The position numbers were made by a program, and so were the translations under genes. The notes below the pieces were generated by a model. It ran no database searches. It was given only the letters and a program-made list of their open reading frames with translations, and was not told the origin of the DNA. 64,000 nt of DNA from an uncultured Acidimicrobiia bacterium (GTDB taxonomy: Bacteria; Acidobacteriota; Vicinamibacteria; Vicinamibacterales; SCN-69-37), in the NCBI GenBank assembly GCA_966252305.1, contig CBINOO010000002.1, positions 20,089 to 84,088 of the forward strand, given 5' to 3'. Shown one piece after another: positions 31,426 to 41,787 of this stretch. The number at the start of each line of letters is the position of its first letter. The stretch's first letter is position 1.

Positions 31426-32199
31426 ATGACACGACGATGGATAACGGCGGCCGTGGCCGTATTGTGCCTCGCGCCGTGGTTGACTGCGGCGCCCCAGCGC
31501 GCCGGCGCGCCGGTGCAGGGTTTCACCGTTGTGAAGACATTCCCGCACGATCCCGCGGCATTCACGCAGGGGCTGATCTACGTCGACGGCGAGTTCTATG
31601 AAAGCACGGGGCTCAACGGTGAATCCTCGTTGCGCCGCGTCGAGATTGCCACCGGCAAGGTGCTGCAGCGCCGCGCGGTCGATGCGAAGTACTTCGCGGA
31701 AGGCCTGGCGCTGGTGGGCGACGAGCTGCTGCAACTGACGTGGCAGCACAACGTGGGATTTGTGTACGACCGCAAGACCTTCACCCCCAAAGGCACGTTC
31801 AGTTACCCCACCGAAGGCTGGGGGATTGCGTATGACCCCAAAGGGGGGCTCGTGATGAGCGACGGCAGCGACAAGTTGACGTGGCTCGATCCGACGACCC
31901 GCAAGGTGCTGCGCAGTATCGCGGTCACCGATGCCGGGCGCCCGGTGCGCGACCTGAATGAACTCGAGTGGATTGAAGGCGAGATCTGGGCCAACGTCTG
32001 GATGACCGATCGCATCGCCCGCATCAATCCCTCAACCGGCGCGGTCACCGCCTGGATCGACTTCACCACACTCTGGCCCGCGTATCGCCGCTCGCCGACC
32101 TCGGACGTGTTCAACGGCATCGCCTACGACGCGGCGGGCAAGCGCATTTTTGTGACGGGCAAGAAGTGGCCGAACGTGTACCAGGTCACCGTCAAATAA
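31426..32199 (+). CDS. Glutamine (glutaminyl-peptide) cyclotransferase, beta-propeller type
   Basis: FPHDPAAFTQGLIY.DGEFYESTGLNGESSLRRV.., LTWQHNVGFVYD, and WANVWMTDRIARINPSTG are characteristic motifs. Signal peptide from ATG 31426. Confidence 0.85.
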   Translation: MTRRWITAAVAVLCLAPWLTAAPQRAGAPVQGFTVVKTFPHDPAAFTQGLIYVDGEFYESTGLNGESSLRRVEIATGKVLQRRAVDAKYFAEGLALVGDELLQLTWQHNVGFVYDRKTFTPKGTFSYPTEGWGIAYDPKGGLVMSDGSDKLTWLDPTTRKVLRSIAVTDAGRPVRDLNELEWIEGEIWANVWMTDRIARINPSTGAVTAWIDFTTLWPAYRRSPTSDVFNGIAYDAAGKRIFVTGKKWPNVYQVTVK

Positions 32200-32224
32200 C
32201 GTCGTTCAAATCAGGAGGATCGTC

Positions 32225-32935
32225 ATGCGAGCAATGTCAGTGGCCACGGTTGCCGTGGCCGTAGCAGTCGTGGTGTCATCGGTGTCGGCGCAGCAGGATC
32301 TTGATCGTGTGGTGCCCGGCGGCGGCATCACCGGAGACGGCTGGCACGGCAATGTGATCGACGCAAACTCGATCAAGCAGGGACGCGCCATTGGTGACTC
32401 CAAGTTCACCGCCAGCGGCAACACGATTGACATCAATGCCGGGCCGAACGCCATCTACTGGAACACCGCGCATCGCGCCTCGGGCAACTTCACCGTCAAG
32501 GCCACGTTCGCCGAGACGAACCACCTCAAACACAGCAGCCACGCGCATCCCTATGGGGTATTCATCGGCGGCGCGAACCTTGATACGGCGAAGGCGAACC
32601 TTCTGTATTGCGCGGCCTACGGCAACGGGACGTTCATCTTCAGAGGATTTGCGCCGGATTCACCGAACGGCGTCTTCCGTCTCGGAGGCAACCGCGCAAC
32701 CGCCAACGAGGCGATTCACAAGGCCGGCGCCGATGGCACCGTTTCACAGGAGATTGCGATCAGCGTCAATGGCGATACGGTCTCGTGTTCGGTGAACGGC
32801 ACGCAGGTCGCGTCCTACCCGAAGGCCGAGGTGGTCGGCGCGGGCAAGCTGGCGTCCACCGACGGCTTTGTCGGCCTTCGCATCGGTCACAACCTCGACG
32901 TCAAGGTCACGAACTTCTCGCTGACCAGGCAGTAG
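32225..32935 (+). CDS. Exported hypothetical protein, possibly concanavalin/LamG-like (DUF1080-like)
   Basis: AGGAGG precedes the ATG. Signal peptide, beta-rich composition, and a GNFTVKATF / VGLRIGHN pattern. The family call is tentative. Confidence 0.6.
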   Translation: MRAMSVATVAVAVAVVVSSVSAQQDLDRVVPGGGITGDGWHGNVIDANSIKQGRAIGDSKFTASGNTIDINAGPNAIYWNTAHRASGNFTVKATFAETNHLKHSSHAHPYGVFIGGANLDTAKANLLYCAAYGNGTFIFRGFAPDSPNGVFRLGGNRATANEAIHKAGADGTVSQEIAISVNGDTVSCSVNGTQVASYPKAEVVGAGKLASTDGFVGLRIGHNLDVKVTNFSLTRQ

Positions 32936-33007
32936 CACCATTCTCCATATCGAATTCACCATGCCCGTGATGACTGCATGGTGAAGCACTCGCGACCGGT
33001 CGGCGAC

Positions 33008-34123
33008 TCAGCGCTCTTCAGCGACGTCGTCGACCGGCTCTGCCGCATCGGCAAGAACGATGCGCGGTGAGCCATCCACGAGTTCGTCACGGTAGGCCAG
33101 CCCGAAGATCTGCCAGCCGGTGACGAACAGTCCGGCCAGCACCGGGCCGATGATGAAGCCGAGCGGCCCGAAGACCGCCAGGCCGCCCAGCGTCGAGAAC
33201 AGAATCACGAGATCGTGCATCCGTGTGTCGCGCCCAACGAGCCGTGGGCGCAGCAGGTTGTCGACCGACCCCACAATGAGCGCGCAGAAGATTGTCAGCC
33301 CGATGGCCTTGGCCACGGCACCGGTGGCAAAAAGAATGATCGCCGCCGGAACCCAGACGATCGCCGCGCCAATGACCGGCAGGATCGACATCACGACCAT
33401 GACCACCGTCCAGAACGCCGCGTTGGGAATGCCGAACACCCAGAACGCGATGCCGGCCATTGACCCCTGAAGGATCCCGATGATGATGGTGCCCCGAATG
33501 GTGGCGCGTGTGACCGACATGAAACGGTCGGTCAGGAGCTGCTTCTCATCGACGTGCAGCGGCAGGTGGTCGAGGATCGCGCGCAACATCCCCGGGCCGT
33601 CCATCAGCAGGAAAAACACCGTGTAGAGCGCGATGAAGAAGTGGAACAGGAAGGTGACGGTGCCGCGTGTGCCGCTCTGCAGCGAATTCATCAGGAACCG
33701 GCCGATGGACGACACCACGTCGCCGGCCGTCGTCAGAATCTGCTGCCGGTACGGCGCGACGTATTCGTAGCCGGGCAGCTGCCGCAACAGGCGATCCAGG
33801 TACGTCGGTTCGTTGATGGCCCGTTCCACGACCGGCCGGATGTTCTCCGTAATACTCGACGCCTGCGAGACGACCAGGCTCACGATTCCGAACAGCGGAC
33901 CCACAAGCAGCAGGAACGCGAGGAGCAGGGTCACGCCGGCCGCTGCTCCTTGTCGACCACCGAACCACCGACACAGGCGGACGTACAGCGGATACAACAG
34001 GCCCGCCATGACGGCCGCCACGACGATCGTCATCAGGAAGCCCTGCAGGACAATCAGCAGGCCGACGGTCAGCGAGACGACCAGGAAGACGAGGAACGCC
34101 TTGCGGAATTGGGTGTCTGACAT
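33008..34123 (-). CDS. AI-2E family transporter (PerM/UPF0118)
   Basis: About 8 TM helices. Conserved C-terminal ..LVILFSTLGGLAVFGPLGFIIGPVL. Confidence 0.85.
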   Translation of the reverse strand: MSDTQFRKAFLVFLVVSLTVGLLIVLQGFLMTIVVAAVMAGLLYPLYVRLCRWFGGRQGAAAGVTLLLAFLLLVGPLFGIVSLVVSQASSITENIRPVVERAINEPTYLDRLLRQLPGYEYVAPYRQQILTTAGDVVSSIGRFLMNSLQSGTRGTVTFLFHFFIALYTVFFLLMDGPGMLRAILDHLPLHVDEKQLLTDRFMSVTRATIRGTIIIGILQGSMAGIAFWVFGIPNAAFWTVVMVVMSILPVIGAAIVWVPAAIILFATGAVAKAIGLTIFCALIVGSVDNLLRPRLVGRDTRMHDLVILFSTLGGLAVFGPLGFIIGPVLAGLFVTGWQIFGLAYRDELVDGSPRIVLADAAEPVDDVAEER

Positions 34124-34147
34124 CGGGGTACGTCCAGTCTAGCGCGG

Positions 34148-34153
34148 TATCAT
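34148..34153 (+). promoter_or_regulatory. -10-like TATCAT, 7 nt before ATG 34161
   Basis: cggTATCATcaccttcATG. Confidence 0.5.
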
Positions 34154-34160
34154 CACCTTC

Positions 34161-34727
34161 ATGCGGACCCGATGGACACGACTCTCAGGCGCAGCGTGTG
34201 TGATGGCGATGGTCTCTGTGTCACTGCTTGCGCAGGCGCCAGGGCGGCTGGCCTACACACCCGCGCCGGCGTGGAAGCCGGTCGCCGTCACGTCGATGAT
34301 GCGCGTCGGTGAATTCGCCCTGCCAAAGTCCGGCGCCGATCGGGAGGATGCCTCCCTGATTGTGTATTTTTTCGGAGGCACCGGCGGCACCGTGCAGGCG
34401 AATATCGACCGCTGGCTGGGTCACATCAACCAGCCGGATGGTCGGCCTACCAGGGAAGTGGCCAAGGTGACTCGCCGGCTGATCAATGGATTGTCGGTAT
34501 CGGAGTTCGACGCGACGGGCACGTACGGAGCGGAGGTGTCCCCGGGTTCGCCCGAACGCCACAACAAGCCGGGATTCCGGCTTCGCGCGGCCGTCGTTGA
34601 GACACCGCGAGGGCCGTATTTCGTGCGGGTCGTCGGTCCCGAGGCCACCGTCGCGAAGTGGGCGCCGGAAATCGAAGCGTTCTTTCAGAGCCTGACCTTC
34701 AGCCCTACAACCAGCCGGCCTTTCTGA
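34161..34727 (+). CDS. Exported hypothetical protein
   Basis: Signal peptide AMVSVSLLAQA. Coding-like composition. No family recognised. Confidence 0.55.
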   Translation: MRTRWTRLSGAACVMAMVSVSLLAQAPGRLAYTPAPAWKPVAVTSMMRVGEFALPKSGADREDASLIVYFFGGTGGTVQANIDRWLGHINQPDGRPTREVAKVTRRLINGLSVSEFDATGTYGAEVSPGSPERHNKPGFRLRAAVVETPRGPYFVRVVGPEATVAKWAPEIEAFFQSLTFSPTTSRPF

Positions 34728-35670
34728 ACCGGTACACCAGGTAGGCGTCAAGGCCGACCATCGCACTGACGGCGGCCGGATATCCGAAACGCCAGTCAAG
34801 TTCCGGCATGTGCGTGAAATTCATCCCGTAAATGCCGGCAATCATCGTGGGCACCGCGACCAGCGCGGCGTAGGCGGCCAGCCGCTTGGTGACTTCACTC
34901 TCCTGCAACGTGATGAGCGACAGGTTCACCGACAGCGCGGTGCTCACCATGTCGCGCAGGTTGTCGGTGGTCTGGTCGAGCCGGATCAGGTGGTCGTAGA
35001 CGTCGCGAAAGTAGTCGTGCAGACCCGCGCAGATCGGTGGGACGCGACCGCCGTGCAACTTGCTGGTGACCTCAATGAGCGGCGTGATCGCGTGGTCGAG
35101 CAACATCAGGCGTTGCTTGAACATGTACAGGGCTTCGATGGTGGCCCGGGTCGTCTGCGCGGCGAAGATGCGCTCTTCGATGTCTTCGATTTCCCTGGTC
35201 AGCGCGTCAATCAGCGGGAAATAACGATCGACCACGGCGTCCATCAACGCGTACAGCACGTAGCCGGGGCCATGGCGCAGCAGGTCGGGCTCGTGTTCGC
35301 ATCGGCGACGGACGTCCGAGAAGCCGACCTCCGCGTTGTTGCGGACGGAGACGATGTACTGCGGCCCCACGAAGACCGCAACCTCGGCGACCGCCAGGTC
35401 CGGGCCACGCGCCTCCACCATGTGCAGGACCACGAACAGAGACGATCCGTATTCTTCGATCTTCGGTCGTTGGTGACCGTGCCGCGCGTCTTCGACCGCC
35501 AGCTCGTGGAGATCGAATTCCTCCTGCAATTGGTCGAGTTCCTGCGGTTCGGGGTCCTTGAGGGCCACCCAGACGAATCCTCGAGGATTCGCCAGATGGC
35601 CTCGGATGCCACTGATGGGAATGTCTGCGACCCGGCGGCCGTCGTCATATGCGGCGCAGTTGACCAGCAC
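34705..35670 (-). CDS. corA: CorA magnesium/cobalt transporter
   Basis: YGMNF signature ([15 protein letters not shown]) followed by 2 C-terminal TM helices. GTG start. Confidence 0.95.
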   Translation of the reverse strand: MLVNCAAYDDGRRVADIPISGIRGHLANPRGFVWVALKDPEPQELDQLQEEFDLHELAVEDARHGHQRPKIEEYGSSLFVVLHMVEARGPDLAVAEVAVFVGPQYIVSVRNNAEVGFSDVRRRCEHEPDLLRHGPGYVLYALMDAVVDRYFPLIDALTREIEDIEERIFAAQTTRATIEALYMFKQRLMLLDHAITPLIEVTSKLHGGRVPPICAGLHDYFRDVYDHLIRLDQTTDNLRDMVSTALSVNLSLITLQESEVTKRLAAYAALVAVPTMIAGIYGMNFTHMPELDWRFGYPAAVSAMVGLDAYLVYRFRKAGWL

Positions 35671-35676
35671 TCTGCG

Positions 35677-35682
35677 ATTCTA
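35677..35682 (-). promoter_or_regulatory. -10-like TAGAAT, 6 nt before GTG 35670 (corA)
   Basis: Minus strand: gcgTAGAATcgcagaGTG. Confidence 0.55.
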
Positions 35683-35707
35683 CGCGTCCATGCCGCAATC
35701 GCGCTGC

Positions 35708-35713
35708 TACAAT
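35708..35713 (+). promoter_or_regulatory. -10 TACAAT, 6 nt before ATG 35720 (SOD)
   Basis: tgcTACAATcggggcATG. Confidence 0.6.
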
Positions 35714-35719
35714 CGGGGC

Positions 35720-36433
<714 letters not shown>

Positions 36434-36437
36434 ACGA

Positions 36438-38867
36438 CTACACGCGACGCGTCAGCGCGACCAGCGGACTCAGTCGTCTCGCCCGTCGAATCGGCCAGAC
36501 ACTCGCAGTCACACTGACGAGCAGCACGACACCCGAGACGACTGCCAGCGGCACGGCCTCGGGTGTTGTGCCGTACAGCCAGGACGCCAGCGCCTGCTGG
36601 GCGCCAAATACGACGGCAAGGCCGGCAACCAGACCGGCCAGCACAGGGACCAGCGCCTGCCTGAGCATCAATCTGGTCACAGCGCCTCCGTCGGCACCCA
36701 GCGCCACGCGCAAACCAATCTCGCGTGTGCGCGCATTCACCGCGTGTGAGAGCACACCAAAGATGCCCAGGGCCGACAACGCCAGGGCAAGCACGCTGAA
36801 CACTGTGAGGACTCCGGCTGCGGCGCGTCGCGTGGCGGTGCCGGCGGCGTACGCCTCCTCCACGGTGCCGATCGCGTACATCGGTTGACCAGGGTCGATG
36901 CCGCGTACGATGCCGCGGAGATCGGGCAGGACCGCCGTCGGCGTCGAGTGCGTCCGCACGACCAGGTACACCTGCGTGCGACGCCTGTCCGGGATCTGGC
37001 GCACGCTGGCAAACATCTCCGGCTGCACCTGTCCGACGAGTCCGCTGTTCCTCACGTCCGCGACAACTCCGACGATGTCGGCTGGGACACCGTCACCGGC
37101 GGCGCCCTGGACGATGATTCGGCGGCCGAGCGGACTGTCTCCGGCGAAGTAGCGCGCGACCAGCGTCTCGTTGACCACCACCTCCCGCGGACCCGACACC
37201 GAGGCCGCGTCGTCGAGCCAGCGACCCTGCCGCAGCTGAAGGTCCATCGTCTGCGGATACCGCGATCCGACCGTCGAATAGAACATCGACGGGGTTCGGC
37301 CGCCGTCTGTGGGAGCAGTGCCGACGATCGTGAACGAACTGCGCGAGAACACGCCGGGCGGAGGCTGATTCGACAAGGTCGCATCCACGACCGTCGGCAG
37401 GGCGCGCGTGCGTTCGAGCAGTGTGTCGAAGAACTGCAGCGCCGTGGTTCCGTCGTATTTGGTCAGCGGCAGGGTGAAGCGCGCGGTCAGGATGTTCGAG
37501 CTGTCAAAGCCGCGGTCGACATCCAGGAGACGGAGCGTCTTGACGGTCATCATCGTCGCGCTGCCCGCGACGATCACGGCGGCGGCAACCTGAAAGGCGA
37601 CGATGCCCGCATGGAGACGACGCGTGGCCGGGCTCAGGCCTGAACGTCCGCCATCGGTGACCAGCACCTCTGCCGGGGCGGTGCGCAGCAGCTGCGCCGT
37701 GGGTGCCACCGTCACGACAACCGCGGCCAGCAGGGCCAGCGTTGCCAGGTAGCCGACCAGGAGAGGGCTGAGTGTGATGGCGGCGTCGGCGGGCAACAGG
37801 CCGGCAGGCAGCAGTGTCGGCAGCGCCCGGATTCCAAGCCACCCGAGCAACAGACCGGCCGTGAGGCCGATGCCCGCCTGCATCAGCGTCTCGGTCGCCA
37901 TCTGTGTGATCAACGTCCGGCGACCCGCACCAAGCGCCGTGCGGATGGCCATTTCGCCTCTCCGGCCGGCGGCCCGGGCCGCGAGCAGGCTCGCCAGGTT
38001 GCTGGCGACGAGCACGAGCAGCAGGCCCACCGCGCCGAAGGCGATAGTGGTGACGTTGGTCAGACCCCAGACTTGAATCTGTGTCCATGGCCGCGCGGCC
38101 ATCGTGAAGCCCTCGTATTCGGGCGTGGATGACTGATGCGCCCCGGCAAGTCCCGACGCGAGGCGCGCGAGATCCTGATTGGCCTGATCGAGGGTCACGC
38201 CAGGTGCCAGGCGAGCCAGCACGTTGAACTGACGACGATTCCTGGGCAGCGAGGATGCGGACTCGCGCATTGGCACCCAGAGGTCCGTGTCCCACAGCCG
38301 CATACGCGCCGGCATGACGCCGACGATGACGTGCGCCTGCCCCGCGACCTGCAGGGTGCCGCCGACCGCATCCGCCCGGCCACCCAGACGGGTCTGCCAG
38401 AACGTATGGCTCACGACCGCCACCGACGCGCCCGTGCGCAGTTCCTCCGGGTCGAACGAGCGACCCAGCGACGCGGGCATCGCCAGCGTGCGCAGAGGGT
38501 CGCTCCAGACAAACGCCGTGAACACCCGTTCCGGCGTGTCACCCAGCAGGACGGGTTCGTTGCCAAGGTCAAAGGCCGACACGTGTTGCAGCGACGTCAG
38601 GCCGGCAATGTCGACATACTCCGGGCCGGACAAGCTCTCGAAAAAACTCAGTGGCCGGTTGATGGCGGGATACGCCGCGCCAAGTCCAACGACACGGTCC
38701 GGTTCGGGGAAGGGGAACGGGCGCAGGATGGCACCGTCGACCACCGCAAACAGGATGGCGTTGGCAGCGAGGCCGACACCCAGGGACATGGTCACCAGCG
38801 CGGTCAGGGTTGGTCGCGCTCGAAGCGACGACCAGGCGTGAGACAGGTGCGTTCGAAGGAGGTCCAT
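36438..38867 (-). CDS. ADOP-type duplicated FtsX/MacB-like permease
   Basis: 809 aa containing two TM-periplasmic-domain-FtsX modules (..EMAIRTALGAGRR.. and ..EIGLRVALGADGG..). Confidence 0.9.
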   Translation of the reverse strand: MDLLRTHLSHAWSSLRARPTLTALVTMSLGVGLAANAILFAVVDGAILRPFPFPEPDRVVGLGAAYPAINRPLSFFESLSGPEYVDIAGLTSLQHVSAFDLGNEPVLLGDTPERVFTAFVWSDPLRTLAMPASLGRSFDPEELRTGASVAVVSHTFWQTRLGGRADAVGGTLQVAGQAHVIVGVMPARMRLWDTDLWVPMRESASSLPRNRRQFNVLARLAPGVTLDQANQDLARLASGLAGAHQSSTPEYEGFTMAARPWTQIQVWGLTNVTTIAFGAVGLLLVLVASNLASLLAARAAGRRGEMAIRTALGAGRRTLITQMATETLMQAGIGLTAGLLLGWLGIRALPTLLPAGLLPADAAITLSPLLVGYLATLALLAAVVVTVAPTAQLLRTAPAEVLVTDGGRSGLSPATRRLHAGIVAFQVAAAVIVAGSATMMTVKTLRLLDVDRGFDSSNILTARFTLPLTKYDGTTALQFFDTLLERTRALPTVVDATLSNQPPPGVFSRSSFTIVGTAPTDGGRTPSMFYSTVGSRYPQTMDLQLRQGRWLDDAASVSGPREVVVNETLVARYFAGDSPLGRRIIVQGAAGDGVPADIVGVVADVRNSGLVGQVQPEMFASVRQIPDRRRTQVYLVVRTHSTPTAVLPDLRGIVRGIDPGQPMYAIGTVEEAYAAGTATRRAAAGVLTVFSVLALALSALGIFGVLSHAVNARTREIGLRVALGADGGAVTRLMLRQALVPVLAGLVAGLAVVFGAQQALASWLYGTTPEAVPLAVVSGVVLLVSVTASVWPIRRARRLSPLVALTRRV

Positions 38868-38934
38868 GCTGACTCCGGTGCACGGAGTGTAACAGCCGAC
38901 TGAGGTACCATGCCGGTTTTGGGAGGAAGCGTTG

Positions 38935-39441
38935 ATGACCGGTGACCAGGCGAAGTTCTACGTCGAGCAACTTGTGAACACACTGCGTTTTGAGATGGGT
39001 ACGACGGCGAAAGTGCTGGCGGCCGTCACGGAAGAAGGGCGCGGATACCGCCCGGATCCGAAGTCGCGCACGGCGTGGGAGCTGGCGACCCACATCGCGA
39101 CAGGCGACGTCTGGTTCCTCACCAGCGCGCTCAACGGTTCGTTTGTGTGGGATGCCGAGGCCAGCAAAGCGGCCGAGGCCCAGTTCAAGACGGTGAAGGA
39201 TGTTGTCGACTTCTATCAGCGCGAGTTTGGTGCTGCGCTCGACCGGGCCGCATCGGCTCCGGCTGACGTGCTTACGAGAGACGTCGACTTCTTCGGGCAG
39301 ATGAAGATGCCCGCGGTCAGCTACCTGATGCTGACGATCACTCACAGCGTGCATCATCGTGGTCAGCTGGCCGCGTACCTGCGCGCGCTCGGATCGAAGG
39401 TGCCGAACATCTACGGCGCGTCGGGTGACGCGGAGCAATAA
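38935..39441 (+). CDS. DinB-family (DinB_2) protein
   Basis: Four-helix His triad pattern (ELATHIATGD, THSVHHRGQLAAYLR). GGGAGGA precedes the start. Confidence 0.8.
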   Translation: MTGDQAKFYVEQLVNTLRFEMGTTAKVLAAVTEEGRGYRPDPKSRTAWELATHIATGDVWFLTSALNGSFVWDAEASKAAEAQFKTVKDVVDFYQREFGAALDRAASAPADVLTRDVDFFGQMKMPAVSYLMLTITHSVHHRGQLAAYLRALGSKVPNIYGASGDAEQ

Positions 39442-41342
39442 TGTCGTCGCGCCGGTCGTCGTCGTGGCTGTATCCGCTGATCGTCGCGGCGGCGGCCGGC
39501 ATTGTCTACAGCGGAAGTCTCGACCACCCATTCCTGTTCGACGACATGGGATCGGTGGTGCACAACCCGCAGATCCGCAGCCTTGATCCCGCAGTCGCTC
39601 TCGCGCCGCCACCGGAGACACCGGTGGGTGGCCGTCCACTGGTCAATCTGTCGTTTGCGCTCAACTACGCCGTGGGCGGTCTCGATCCTGCGGGATACCA
39701 CCTGGTGAACATCCTGCTGCACATCGGCAACGCGCTCCTGTTGTTCGGAGTGGTTGCCGGTGTAGGCAGGCGGCTTGCCCACCGCAGCCTTGGCGAAGGT
39801 GCAGGTATTGCCGTCGCGTTGTTGTGGGCCGTGCATCCGCTGAACTCGGAGGCCGTGAACTACATGACGCAGCGTACCGAGCTGCTCATGGCGTTTTTCT
39901 ACCTGACAACCCTGTATGCGTCCGTGCGCTCGTGGGAAGGCACCAGGACGACCGTCTGGACGACGCTTGCCGTGTTCGCCTGCATCGCCGGGATGGCGTG
40001 CAAAGAAACCATGGTTACCGCGCCAGTGGCGGTGCTTGTGCTCGACCGGGTGTTTCGGTACGGCTCGTGGGGTGAGGCGCTGCGCCAGCGGCGCGGGCTG
40101 TATGCGGGGTTCGTGGTGGCCTGGGGCGCCCTCGCGCTGCTGATGCTGAACGTGCCGCGCACCTCAGGGTCGGGATTTGCCACCACACACGTGTCGACGT
40201 GGACGTACCTGCTCAACCAGAGCGAGATGCTTGTGCGCTATGGGCGGCTCGCGTTCTGGCCTGATGCGCTGGTGTTGTATTACGGCTGGGCGACACCTCG
40301 CGCGCTGGCGGATGTGTGGCCTTATGTGGCGCTGGTGCTGGCGGCGATCGGCGGCACCGTCGTCCTCATGGTCCGCGCCCCCCGGCTCGGGTATGTCGCC
40401 TTCTTCGTATTCCTGACGCTGGCGCCGACCAGCAGTGTTGTGCCGATCGGGTCCGAGGTCGGTGCGGAACGGCGCATGTATCTGCCGCTGGCTGGCCTGA
40501 TCACTCTGTCAGTCGTCGCCATTGGCGAGTTGGCGAGGCGTCAACGTGTGCAGGGTGGCGCTATAGCCGTTGGTGTCGTGGCCGTGGTCTTCGGGTATCT
40601 GACGATCGAACGCACGAAGGAATACGCCACGCCCCTCGGTATGGCGCAGACGGTGCTCGAGCGCTGGCCGACGCCGTCGGCGCACTACATGGTGGGAACG
40701 GAGCTTGTGACGGCGGGACGTGTGGCGGAGTCCGTGCCGCATCTGCGACAGGCTGCGGCGGCGATTCCTCCAGCGCGCTACAACCTCGGGTCGGCGTTGT
40801 TCACATCGGGGCAGCGCGACGAAGGTATCCGCGAACTCGAGTCGTTCCTGCGCGCGGAACCGGATCTGGTCTCGTCGCGTGATGCGCGTCTGCTGCTGGC
40901 GCGAGGATATGCGGAGAGCGGACGGGCCGAGGAATCACTGGTCATCGCGCGGCAGGTGCTGGCGCGAACCCCCGGGGACCATGCTGCGCACGCCCTCATC
41001 GCTGAAGCCCTGATGGCGCTGGGCCGATTCGACGAAGCGATCCCCCACTTTCAAGGCTACCTCCGGGTGCAGGCCGACGATGGGGCAGGCTGGACGGGGT
41101 TGGGGATTGCCTCCATCCAGATGGGACGCGTGGCTGAAGCCGTCGCGGCGTTTCAGCGGGCGGTGGCCTCGGCGCCAAACCACGCGGGCTACCGCATGAA
41201 TCTCGCCCGGGCGCTGATCGACGCGGGGCAGTTTGAGGCCGCACGCGAACACGCCGATCGCGCCGTGCAGTTGACTCAGGGGGACCCGGCCGCGCTTGAA
41301 CTTCAGGCCCGGGCCCGGGGTGGCGGTCTGCCCCCTCGCTGA
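39441..41342 (+). CDS. Polytopic membrane protein (PMT/TMTC-like glycosyltransferase-C fold candidate) fused to C-terminal TPR repeats
   Basis: TAATG overlap with the DinB gene. About 9-11 N-terminal TM helices with an early FDD motif (HPFLFDDMGSV). The C-terminal 230 aa consist of TPR-like repeats. Confidence 0.75.
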   Translation: MSSRRSSSWLYPLIVAAAAGIVYSGSLDHPFLFDDMGSVVHNPQIRSLDPAVALAPPPETPVGGRPLVNLSFALNYAVGGLDPAGYHLVNILLHIGNALLLFGVVAGVGRRLAHRSLGEGAGIAVALLWAVHPLNSEAVNYMTQRTELLMAFFYLTTLYASVRSWEGTRTTVWTTLAVFACIAGMACKETMVTAPVAVLVLDRVFRYGSWGEALRQRRGLYAGFVVAWGALALLMLNVPRTSGSGFATTHVSTWTYLLNQSEMLVRYGRLAFWPDALVLYYGWATPRALADVWPYVALVLAAIGGTVVLMVRAPRLGYVAFFVFLTLAPTSSVVPIGSEVGAERRMYLPLAGLITLSVVAIGELARRQRVQGGAIAVGVVAVVFGYLTIERTKEYATPLGMAQTVLERWPTPSAHYMVGTELVTAGRVAESVPHLRQAAAAIPPARYNLGSALFTSGQRDEGIRELESFLRAEPDLVSSRDARLLLARGYAESGRAEESLVIARQVLARTPGDHAAHALIAEALMALGRFDEAIPHFQGYLRVQADDGAGWTGLGIASIQMGRVAEAVAAFQRAVASAPNHAGYRMNLARALIDAGQFEAAREHADRAVQLTQGDPAALELQARARGGGLPPR

Positions 41343-41351
41343 CGAAGCCTG

Positions 41352-41357
41352 TACAAT
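41352..41357 (+). promoter_or_regulatory. -10 TACAAT, 7 nt before ATG 41365
   Basis: ctgTACAATcggggtgATG, with TGCCCC 17 bp upstream. Confidence 0.5.
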
Positions 41358-41364
41358 CGGGGTG

Positions 41365-41712
41365 ATGCTGCAACACCGCATTTCCGCGATGGTCGTGCTG
41401 GCCGCCCTGGTGGGCAGCCTCGGACTGCCGTGGATCACTGACTCACACCGCTTCAACGACGACCCGCACTGGGCCGTCTCGGGGTTCGGTCGTGAGGATG
41501 CCTCCGTCAATGATGCGAATGGCACGGCAGGCGACGGGTCCCACTGCGAAGTCTGCCATTGGCTTCGCACCATGCGCTCGGCCGACGGCGTCGCGCCGAC
41601 GATCTTCCTTCCAGATGTCCGGCCCGTGGTGCCGCCGGCGTCCCCGCTCTCACGCACTGTCGCAGCGTCGCTGCGCACGTTTGCCGCACGCGCCCCTCCC
41701 GCGCTGAGCTGA
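41365..41712 (+). CDS. Small exported protein with HCEVCHW motif (hypothetical; DUF2946-like is a guess)
   Basis: Signal-like MLQHRISAMVVLAALVGSLG. A single CxxCH. Directly upstream of a TonB-dependent receptor. Confidence 0.45.
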   Translation: MLQHRISAMVVLAALVGSLGLPWITDSHRFNDDPHWAVSGFGREDASVNDANGTAGDGSHCEVCHWLRTMRSADGVAPTIFLPDVRPVVPPASPLSRTVAASLRTFAARAPPALS

Positions 41713-41787
41713 TCGTCCGGTCCGTCGTTTCGTTTCACAGAATTTCAGCAAGCAGGCGGCAGCCGCATGCGCTGCCAGGGAGAACAC

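Noticed and set aside
32957-32983. Hairpin CACCATGC-N11-GCATGGTG between the convergent genes 32225..32935 and 33008..34123, considered as a terminator.
   Set aside because: It has an 8-bp stem, a large loop and no U-tract on either strand, so it is not convincing as an intrinsic terminator. The only clear terminator found is at 58268-58306.
41491-41560. The CEVCH motif in the small ORF as evidence for a c-type cytochrome belonging to the nos pathway.
   Set aside because: A single CxxCH in a 115-aa protein 20 kb from the nos genes is weak evidence. It is kept only as a motif note in the receptor finding.
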